NCBI GenBank assembly: GCA_964035545.1
Contig: OZ037767.1
Span: 20,910,628-20,974,627 of the forward strand
Reading direction: 5' to 3'
Source of the DNA: Bugula neritina
Taxonomy: Eukaryota > Animalia > Bryozoa
DNA: 64,000 bases
In this document: one piece after another, positions 53,068 through 64,000 of the stretch
Numbering within the stretch: the stretch's first letter is position 1
Layout: each line of letters starts with the position of its first letter
Notes under the pieces: model-generated
The model's input: only the letters and a program-made list of their open reading frames with translations
The model's database searches: none
What the model was told of the DNA's origin: nothing
Translations under genes and position numbers: made by a program

Positions 53068-55071
53068 TGTGACTGTTTGATTACATCTGCAATATGTAAA
53101 GAAAAACCTACAAACTGCCATTATATCATAGATACAATAGCAGTTTCACCTTATAAACCTGGCTAAATAATTTTGATAAAGTAGCACAATTATAAAAATT
53201 CAACATAAATAAATACTTAATTTTTAGTCGACGTAATTTGACGATTGTAACACCACAGCCCAGACATTAATTTTAATGTTACCAGGAAGTAGTAAACTGA
53301 TTGTCTTGAATGAAACAGTTGACATTGAATACTAAATAATGAATTGTGGTTGCCATCTTTATCCTAGCACTAGAAAAAAACAGTCAGTCATACTCATATT
53401 AATAAACGTATAGCAATGTAGAAATGGCATTTAATACTGGGACAGCAAAATAATAAAATCGTGATTTATTATTATCGAATTTAAATTAGCCTTCAAGTTT
53501 AGGTGAGAACAAACACGATAAAATAAAGATTATGCAGGTGTCACTGAGTCTAATCAGTGTTGGTATAATTTTCTGTATAACTAAATTTACAGAGCCAGAT
53601 AGTTAAGTCATTCACCATCAGGCGAGCAATGCAAAATTATAACTACCTTAAGTATTAATTAATGCAAGACCATAAGGTATCAACATGGTCAATGGGTATT
53701 TTTTTATTCACATTGAATTTTATGCCATCATTAGTAATCAATAACTCATAAATAATAATAGAACAATAATTACTAAATTCATAATAAAACTTTTATTTAT
53801 GTTTATATTATATATTACCATTAAACTTAGTAAATGTAATAAATGATTCTATTAGTATTATATTACGATCATATTGATATGAAAATATGTTATCATTAAC
53901 ATAGTCAATAAATTACAGCTTATTCTTATTCTTCAACAATAGTAAAACTAAAATAAAAATGATCAATTACTGATAATCGATAATTATTAATACTAATTAT
54001 TTTGTATTACATTTACTGTATTAGTATTACTATTACTATTACATGTACTGTTTGTACTTGTAGTCAGTATGAGTATGACTATGAGTATGAGTATGACTTC
54101 AACAGTTAAACTTCAAGTTTATTAGTTTTAGTATTAGCTGATAGTATTGGTATTATAAATAATTACAAATTAGACAACAACGATTAGTATTATAATAATA
54201 TCTTCAACTTTAAGTTTATATCAATATCATGATGACCATGATATATTTATTCATGAACCCGACCACTATACAAGAAATGAACTTAAAGTGAGAGCAACTG
54301 TAATGAATATCCAAATCAAGCTGTAAATCAAACAGTAATCAATAATAATAACAATAATATTAATAATTTATAGACTGTCACTTTGGAAGTGACTTTGACT
54401 GTTTCAGTGTTTGAGTTAGAGTTTTTATTTTTAAGTCAAACAAATTTATTTTAACATTTAAGTTTCAAAAGGAACAATGATCATCATTATGATTCCAAGA
54501 AAGTTGTGAGAGAAAATGACAATATTAAATGCACTATACTTGAATCATCAATAATTTTATGAAGTTTACTTAACATTAAATTTAATTTTAAACAACAGCC
54601 ACGCACTTGCATATTTTGGAGCTGACTTTCACCGTTCTTGAATTCACTAACCGTAGCAAAGAACCTGAGCTCCAAACACAAGAAATGTTTAATATTGAGA
54701 AACTATACTAAGACGTCTCCTTTAAATGTGATAACAAACAAAACACGCTCTTTGATCGCGAGTCAATTTTGTTGTACGCAGTATGGTCTCCTGTATGCTG
54801 ACAATTTTCACCACTCCCATCCTTGCTATAATGTTTTAGTCTAATTACTAATATATTAATAATTTATTCCTCTTTAAAACTTTGTGGGAATTTTTTGAAA
54901 GTTATAAATTAAAACTGCCAAAGTTTTTAAAATAAAATTAGTTAAAATTTTTATATTATAGCAGTGTTGTTTTGGTTGTTGTTGCTTTAAAAGACAATGA
55001 CAATGAAATGAAACTGTTTTCCATTTTTAAACATTGATGTTTTATATAATACGAACTTAAATAGTATATAT

Positions 55072-55365
55072 TATGTATTCATGTATGTATGTGCGTGCGT
55101 GCATGTGTGCGTGCGTGCATGTGTGCGTGCGTGCATGTGTGCGTGCGTGCATGTGTGCGTGCGTGCGTGCGTGTGTGCGTGTGTGCGTGCGTGCATGTGT
55201 GCGTGCGTGCGTGTGTGTGTATGTATGTGTACATGTGTATGTTGGTATGTATGTATGTATGTACATATGTATGTAGGTATGTATGTATGTATGTACGTGT
55301 GTGTATGTAGGTGTGTGTGTGCGCGCATGTGTGAGCATGCATGTATGCATGTATGTATGTATGCA
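55072..55365. repeat. (GCGT)n/(ATGT)n compound microsatellite
   Basis: Alternating purine-pyrimidine tract; source of eight spurious ORFs. Confidence 0.95.
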
Positions 55366-57613
55366 TTTGACACAACAAAAACTATCTAATGAAACTGCAT
55401 AATTACAAAAAATAAACTGCATATAGATGACATCAGCAATTTTTGTTTTATTTGTTAAATATAACGAGTACTCTTTCTCACTTCCCTGGAGTTGTCTATG
55501 TCTTTTTCAATCAGCAAACGCTACGAAATGTAACTTAGTTATAGGATATAAAAATTTATTACATATAGTCTAGAGTAAAATGAAATGTAAATGATTACAT
55601 GTATACTAAGAGTATAAAGACATAACTGTGTAATACAAATCCTTTATATCAAACAGATATACAATAAATGAGTATTATCTACTGGACATCTTTTAGAAAT
55701 ATTTCCCTGACAGCAGAACCGACCCATTACAATTTAACTTTGGAATTCCCTGTAGGCCTGCTCCATGGTCATATGCAAGAACCAGCATGAGCATATAAAA
55801 GTAAGAATACTTGGGCAATTACAGTAAAATAATTATGTGAATAATGTCATAAATTTTTTAAAAGAGTAGCAACTCCTAAATTTAAAACAAACCTAATTTT
55901 TTTCAATTGCTAGTCTTTGACGAGAGCATTACAAAGTTGCTTAATGAGAAAACTACAAATTAATGATGCTGTAGACATCGGTGTAGTCTCATAACATGTG
56001 GACTATTAGATAATTACATCATATGCTGAAGATTAAAACCAACAGGAGATAGTATAGACTACTCAACTTACTTAGCATTTGCTTCCCCTGCGAAATTAAC
56101 AAAGAGCTCAATAGCTTTTTTGCAGTCATCTGCTAGCAAAATCATTAATAGAAAACTTGATATTATTTTTAAAAAAAATTCAATATCAAATAGGTCTATT
56201 ATTCATCTCAAGTATGACATAAACCTTTCAAATTAAATAGAAACACATTTATATTCAGCATTCAGATTTGTATTGAACTATGACTGTTTATTATTGTTGA
56301 ATACAGCTTAGTAAGCACTTGAACTAGTAACATACTATTTGGCAATGGCTTGCATTTTGCATAGCCAAAACAGCTGTAGCAAAATATATGTAACATTCAC
56401 CATACAATAAAAATTTGCTAGAATATAGATACATATAACATCATATTTATATAGAATAAATTTGTTTAATCATTTGTTTTTTTTGCAACAGCTTTCCAAA
56501 TGCTGATTGAGAAATCTACGAAATTATGCTATAGACATCTGCCTAGTCTTATAGTATGAGTAATATTGAATAATAACATCGTGTGTTTAATATTAACATC
56601 CACATAGTGTAAACCACTCACCTTAATTAGGAGTTACTTCTCTTGCAAAATATCTAAAAAGTTAAACAACTTTTATGTAGTTATCTGCTAGCAAAATTAA
56701 TAAAAAAACTCTTGAATGTAGGTAGAAAAAAATAATTTAATGTTCAAAATGCATTGGTTTTATGAAAAGCTTTACAAAAAGCTTTTAGAATAGACACACA
56801 TCTACATTTAAAATTTAAAGTTCTATTTCAATAATGGTGGCTGATCTTGCTGTTATATAACATCCTAGGCAACCACTTTAACAAATCTCTTTGGCATTGG
56901 CTATTGCATTTAGCGTAGCCAAAAAGGTCTATCAAAGCTAATAGCATGTCACATTCAACTATATTATGTAACCAGTGTTCACCAAAATTGATATTAACAT
57001 TTCAAAGCAACATTCTGCAGCCGGTTTTTTCGTATTGCTAATAAACTGACAGTCATGACAAAGAAAATACTTGACACAATATTCAAATCAAACTACTTTA
57101 AATACTGACAGCTTTGTGGCTCCCACAGTAACCATTCAAATGTTGCGCTGAGAAATAGCCACTGCAGGACAATTATTAGAACATAATTAGAAAAATAAAC
57201 ATTTCAAAGTATAAGTTACAAAACCAGCATGGCTAACGGTTTTTTTAAAAATGCTTTAAAAACTAATTTAACACCCCCCCCCCCCCATACTTAATAAGAT
57301 CAACAGCAGTATCAAAAATGTCAATAATGAGCATATATAATATAGATTACTCCATGTTTATAGTACTGCTGCTAGGTAATTAGCTACACTAAAAAGGGAT
57401 TGTAATTGTTCTTCTTTTGGCAATTTATTTTCAAATGCTGCTTTGACAAATACAAAATATAGTGAAATGTTATAGAAGTTGTGTAGGCCTATGAATGTGT
57501 AATATTAGATAATTACAGTTTGTGCTCAAGACTTTCTTTCTATATACACACACGCACACACACAACACAATATGCTCATTTACAGACAAAAACCCACACA
57601 CAGGCACACATAT

Positions 57614-58015
<402 letters not shown>

Positions 58016-59410
58016 TGCATGTGTTATGGTGTATGTTTAAGTTATCAGCCCAGGATCCTAAACTGCAGAGCACCACTAGATAAATACCCTGAAACAAAGG
58101 CCTAAGTTTCCTTAAAGATTAAGACAAGAGCTGAAGTTCCCAGGTAGCTAAGCCAAGTAACACCTATCAATACACCAACCCTCACAAGGTAACCAGACAG
58201 CTACAATAAACTATACTTGGTAATAACTGTTACTTGGTGAGTCAACTGGTATAGCTGAAACTTTCAAACACTGCAACATTAAATAACAAATTATATAAAG
58301 AAATATTTTAACTTATTAGGCAAATTAATTAGAATTTTCTTTTTACACCTTACTTCTATTACATGTATGTTGTCTTTCAACGAAATTATATCACTTTATT
58401 TGTTTAATTATTATTTTCATTAATTAAGAACATTGATCTGTTAGCAAGCAAATTGATGACATTCATAAGCTGAAAATAGTACTCTCTGGTTTAGCAGAAT
58501 TAAGCAGATTCAAAGACCAATTGTACATTAATTCACTTTAGTTTTTTCAAATTTTATTATGCTTATACCAGTTTAAGGTAAGTATGATATCCAATTTTCA
58601 GACTGCATAGTATTGTAAAATGGATAGAGAAAGTTTTGTATACTGTATATATGGTCATATCATACATCCCTTTGCAGTATAAACCATAATAGAAAATATA
58701 AGTAGAAGGCCCTGTTTAAACACTTGCATATAATCATTTATTCGAAGTTATCTTCTCAACACCAGAGGTCCAATAACATTCTCAACGCAACAGAATAAAA
58801 TTATGTACCAAATACTTTTAGTAACTCTGTCAGCTCAAGCAGGTTTCATTAAAGTAACTTTGTGGCATCTAGCATAAAATATTTTCAATGCCAGTCATCA
58901 AAAAGTCTTTGGTGAAGTTATTAGAAACGACTAGGTACATTTGTTGCTGATTTTTAGACTTTAAAATGACAGATAACTTAGGGAGGGAGGGGGGGGGGTC
59001 CTATTTTTATAAAAAGAATATAACTTTATTCCTTACAAAAGATCATTATATATAAATTTAAATAATATTTACATGTGGTAAAACAATGCAATGATGTGGG
59101 GAAAGACCAAAAATGTAGAAATACAAATGACAGCCAGCAGTAGGATTGTAAGGGTTCGAATTGGACATATGACTGTTCAATTAACATAATTTAAGCTTTA
59201 AATATATACATCATCAACATTTCATTGGGAGGCACCAATGAGATGGAAAGCCTAAATTCCTTCACCAAACATTCAATAACTGCAGGCTATTGAAAAACAT
59301 GCAATAATGTAAGAACATTCAGAATATGCGTACAACAGGAAGCAAGTACAGACTGTCAGAATAGTGTCATTACTGACAGGTTACAATATCAGTCTGTCAT
59401 CAGCTCAATA

Positions 59411-62400
59411 TTAATCATCAGCCATGTCTTCATCAGTAGCCATATTGTTGGAGTCATTAAGCTGTTTTGTTTTAATTACGCTACGTAAAATGGCTTTATC
59501 TCTGAGAGAAAGGTTCATTGACTCAATATCTTCTGCAGTTAGAAGAGTGGTGAGCTCATTGGAGGACAGGAAACCGTAACCCAGAACTGCAGTGAGCGCT
59601 CGAGAACTGAGTGGAACTGGCAGATCTTTGTTCCACTCGGCCATCTTGATACCGTCTGTGGAGACCACTGAAAGATACAGAAGAGCCCGGTGAACGTTGC
59701 ATCTACAATATACTGCAGGCAAATCAAAATCTTTTAAATTCATTCGTATTAAACACAAAGAAATTCTCCGTCCGCCAACTTAGCACGTAAGCAACAATGA
59801 GTAACTACAATCAGAAATGGTGACTACAAACACCTACTATAACTAGACACAGCTAGCGCTACAAAGTCACTACAACTAACACTACACTGAGTCACACACT
59901 ACTCACAGGCACTCTGATCCTGATCGCCGAGACTTTCCAACTCAATGACACTTCCATCAGAACACAAGAGTTGTATCTGCTGAGTCTTCTTGGCTAGGAA
60001 AGACAAATTCAAATAAAATGAAGGAACAACTAACAAACAAGGCTTGTAGTATAATGTTCTTTGTATACAGGTCACATAATTCACGTCTAGATCTGCCCTA
60101 TAGACCAAACAAGAGGGGACAGCTACACACTGATTGATGCAGTAACACAGTTACCCATACTGTAGCAGTTTTGTTAGGTCTGCTAGCAACCGCAAGCTTA
60201 TCAGAGTAGGTTTAGGAATTCAACTGATGTCTTGTGAGTGTAGTATTAGTATTTTATTCCAACTTATAACACTTTTGCTCACAAAGCTACACCGTGAAAT
60301 CTAAATAAAATACATACAATATAAGGCTAATGAAGTACAAGAAAATAAGAACTATAAAGAAATAACACACATAAAAATTATTAAAGTAAGCAAATATTAC
60401 TGTATAATAAGTCATTAAAAATAATGTCAGCTATAAACCATTTCATATAATATAAACTAAATGTATCGATATTACAGCATTAAGACAATAAATGATAGAA
60501 AAATTAATAGCAAACAAATCTTTAGCTCTTCTCTGATAACTTGATAATACAGCTTCTGCTCTTAGGTTTTAAAAGTTAGTAATATGTATCTTGTTTAATG
60601 TAAAATTATAAGTAGTATAATTTGCTCGTTGGCTCTACTAATTGCAACTGATCAGGATAACCAATGCTTTCCAACAGCAGCAGAATAATACACAAAAAAC
60701 AAATAAACAAAAATGATGTGTTCCAGATCCCATTGGTCACCCAAATTGCACCACCGGCCCCAATTAATTCCAAATAAGGGAACAGAAATATTCTGGCAGA
60801 TTTGTTGTCTTGGACTTTAGCAATACACTTGATTTATTGATTGTGGCTTTTGCTGCGCAGTTGTAGGAATTTATTGTTTTGTTTAGGAGCTATTAATATG
60901 CTATGACGATGGACTATGAAACACGCATACACACAGTGTGCATATAAACATGCTGCCAGCTACTGCTACACATACCTTCGGCATCCAGTGCATGCTCCAG
61001 TGCAAGTTTGTCATGGTAGTTGAGATTCAGCATGGCCAAATTAGCATTAGAACCACGGAGCAGATTGAGGTGAGAGATTTCACTGAACCCACTTCTCAAC
61101 AGACAGCGAATCCCGTTCTCAGAGAGCGGATATTTCAGGTTCTCATTCCACGCCTGCCAAGATGTCTCTATAGCAACGTCACCGGGTACATCTACAACAG
61201 TGTATCTCACTATTAGTACTAGTGCTGGTGATACTATTAGTACTAGTGTTAGTAATACTATTAGTACTAGTGCTGGTGATACTATTAGTACTAGTGTTAG
61301 TAATACTATTAGTACTAGTGTTAGTAATACTATTAGTACTAGTGTTGGTGATACTATTAGTACTAGTGTTAGTGATACTATTAGTACTAGTGTTAGTAAT
61401 AATATTAGTACTAGTGTTGGTGATACTATTAGTACTAGTGTTAGTGATACTATTAGTACTAGTGTTAGTAATGCTATTAGTGCTAGTGTTGGTGATACTA
61501 TTAGTACTAGTGTTAGTAATACTATTAGTACTAGTGTATTAAACCTACTCGAGTACTATAACTCACCAGGATCGAAAGGGTATGCGGCACAAGTATCCGA
61601 GGGAGTAGGCTGGGACTTGAGGGCATTTAATAAGGTCATGACAGTACGCGAGTCCATGCTGCCAGCAGCGTCACCTGCAGACAGCACCTTCTGCCTCGAG
61701 ATGATTGGCTGCCGGTTGGAAAGACTTGGCGGTTTCTTTGTGAATGTTGGTTTAGAGGAAATCTCGATGTCACACATTGACTTTCGCTACAAGTAACACA
61801 CAGTGTGTAGACTAAAAGTAATACACAGTGTAAACTACAAGTAATGCACAGTGTAAACTACAAGTAATGCACACACAGTGTAAACTACAAGTAACACACA
61901 CACACTTGGTTTTCAATTGATACCATTTTGAGACAATGTATTTGTTGGTCAAACAGAGATTGCCATTAAAGTAAGTAAAATTGATTGATGGCAATTGTGT
62001 TGTGGAAAGTGTTTTCATTCTTATGCTTTACATGCATTTTTGTTTCCTGTATTCACAAGTCACATTATCTTACACAATAGAAAGCAAACCTTACTCCACC
62101 AATGGGCAGAGGTTCAACAACATTCTGCAGATTGCTATGGATAGTTCTCTTCAGTTATACAGATTACACCTGAGAAAGACTTACATTGGGATGTCTCACG
62201 ATGAGATGTTGGAATGGTTTGAGTCTCTCATAATACCTCCAGCGTGATATCCCACCTTTACCGCACATGTCTCTCTCCATAATGAACCTGCCTCTCATTT
62301 TCTTTATCTGCAGATATTAATAGAGCAAAAAATTAAATTAACTAATAATGGTATTAGCACAGATATGCTGATACATTATAGCTAATATCAAGCTACACAC

Positions 62401-63888
62401 AGAGATGGGTGCACACAAACCAACAAGAACTATCTGCTAGGAAGCAGTCAGGTATTGCATCTCACCTTGTTTCGGACTTGCTTGGCCGTTTTGTTAGTGC
62501 CAATGTCCGCAGCTATTAGATTCATGGCATTTTCATTCCGCGACTGGTTGATCATGGCGGCATTTTCTGACCAGCTGTTAATAAGGGCATCAACTTCATC
62601 AACCGACCAAGGTACAGTGTCATCTTGTAGGGTAGCACTCGGCTCTGCAAAAGTCTCTCAGATATTACATAATGTAGTGAAATCAAAATGATCATAAGAA
62701 ACAATGATGTTATATTCCAACAGTTCATTATGAGAGTTGAAAATGTTAGCATTTAGAAACTATTAAATGGTTTCATATTAACAAATTCTAATCTCAAATG
62801 TCAAACATATAAATTTATGATAATTTTGATACGAGAGAGTTTGAAGGGTGCTGGAGTGCTATTTTTCTTTAGCAAACTTTTCAACTCAAGCAGATATTTA
62901 CAGCTTGCAATGTTTGAAATATAAGATTCTGCCCAAAAACTATAATCAAATCTTTAAAAACTCAATTAAATAAATCATGAGCTCAACACTTCATAGCCCT
63001 TTATAAATGTATTACATTACAGTATGACATTGAGTTTGACAATGACCACCACATTCACTATGAGTATCAGTATGACTATCAGTATTACTATCAGTATCAG
63101 AATCACTGAATGAGTGAGTATGACAATGAATCACTGAATGTGATAGTAATACTATCAGTATCAGCTTCAGGTATCACTATTAATTTATGTATGAGCATCG
63201 TATTTTTGTACTTATACTTATTCTATGAGTATGAGTATATGTATCACGATTACTATCATTATGACTATCACAGTCAGTATGAGTATCAGTATGTCGTATG
63301 ACTATGGGTATGTGGGCATCACTATCACTACCAGTATAAGCATCAGCATGCATAAATCCAAACTCCAAAGTATTACAATTACAATAATTATTATAAAAAT
63401 AAAATTTAAATCAACATGTAATTTAACTTAAAGTTAAAAGTTGAAATAGTTAAAAAACAAAAGTGATATTAAAACTCACAAAGTACAACTACTACTACTA
63501 CTAGTACTACAAGACCATCACCGAGACGTAATACGGTAATAGATTTAGTATTACATTATGATTATGATTATAATTAAGTGAATATAAATATAATCATTAT
63601 TGTGACAATCTGCATCAACTAAATAACTTTTAGTTTTACAACCTCGAACTTCAGACTAGATAATAGCCACAGTAACAACAGATATGCCTATAGCCTATTA
63701 CAATGAGCGAGTTGAGCAGAGCCAGAGTTGCGCTCACAACGTACTGGAGTGATCGTATAAAATGATACGGAGACTTGAAACTGAAACAATTATCTACCAG
63801 CCCGAGAACATAAAAGTTAATTAAAAAATAACAAATTCACATAGGTTGTGTTTATACCTTCTTTGGGATCTTCTTTGTCAGTTTCCAT
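59411..63888 (-). CDS. Uncharacterised protein: Myb/SANT-like (trihelix) DNA-binding domain plus two SAM-like repeats (multi-exon)
   Basis: Exons ~63888-63858, ~62644-62466, ~62288-62184, a 30-nt microexon ~62123-62094, ~61786-61567, ~61192-60976, ~59993-59907 and ~59667-59411. WSVDEVDALINSW...IA...KTAKQVRNKIKKMR...SRWRYYERL is trihelix-type; two homologous WN..L..PLS......L..GF.....L..L......NL...DK..L units follow. The start exon is less certain. Confidence 0.72.
61208..61536. repeat. 24-bp minisatellite (ACTATTAGTACTAGTGTTRGTRAT), ~13 copies
   Basis: Fills most of intron ~61566-61193. Confidence 0.95.
61786..61895 (-). repeat. ~23-27-bp repeat duplicating a 3' splice acceptor (TTACTTKTAG x5)
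   Basis: On the minus strand, ...CACTGTG..TTACTTGTAG is repeated; the last copy is the acceptor of the 61786 exon. Confidence 0.8.
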
Positions 63889-64000
63889 AATTATAAACAG
63901 TGTAGAATAAGTTATCAACGTGTAAAACGCATTTATTATTTTGTTTTTCAAATTTTCAAAAATTATGGCTCGGGCCAGCTAAAATGGTTCGCATCTACTA

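Noticed and set aside
59345-59400. Imperfect hairpin in the 3'UTR of the Myb-SAM gene (possible SECIS)
   Set aside because: No in-frame UGA in the model and no clear SECIS core.
61200-61796. 198-aa mucin-like plus-strand ORF
   Set aside because: Intronic 24-bp repeat plus the antisense of a real exon.

Overview
AT-rich, intron-dense metazoan (probably lophotrochozoan/invertebrate; taxon is inference) genomic DNA. Exon chains assembled by eye give, in order: the 5' part of a bombesin/CCHamide-type peptide GPCR (-), SHPRH (-), DONSON (+, head-to-head with SHPRH), CMTR1 (-, tail-to-tail with DONSON), and an uncharacterised Myb/SANT-like (trihelix) + two SAM-like-domain gene (-). Two CMTR1 introns carry cargo. 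A ~12.7-kb intron holds a 3.1-kb TIR element and an antisense nested BTB-(BACK)-ankyrin gene. A ~3.4-kb intron holds four identical tRNA-Ala(UGC) genes in ~0.8-0.9-kb tandem units whose spacers are decayed RTE-LINE sequence. A Harbinger-type MITE lies in a GPCR intron. The most distinctive pattern is many unrelated minisatellites sitting at exon-intron junctions; several copy the splice site itself, including a 10 x 36-bp in-frame array of 5' splice donors. Most long ORFs in the supplied track are repeat artefacts.
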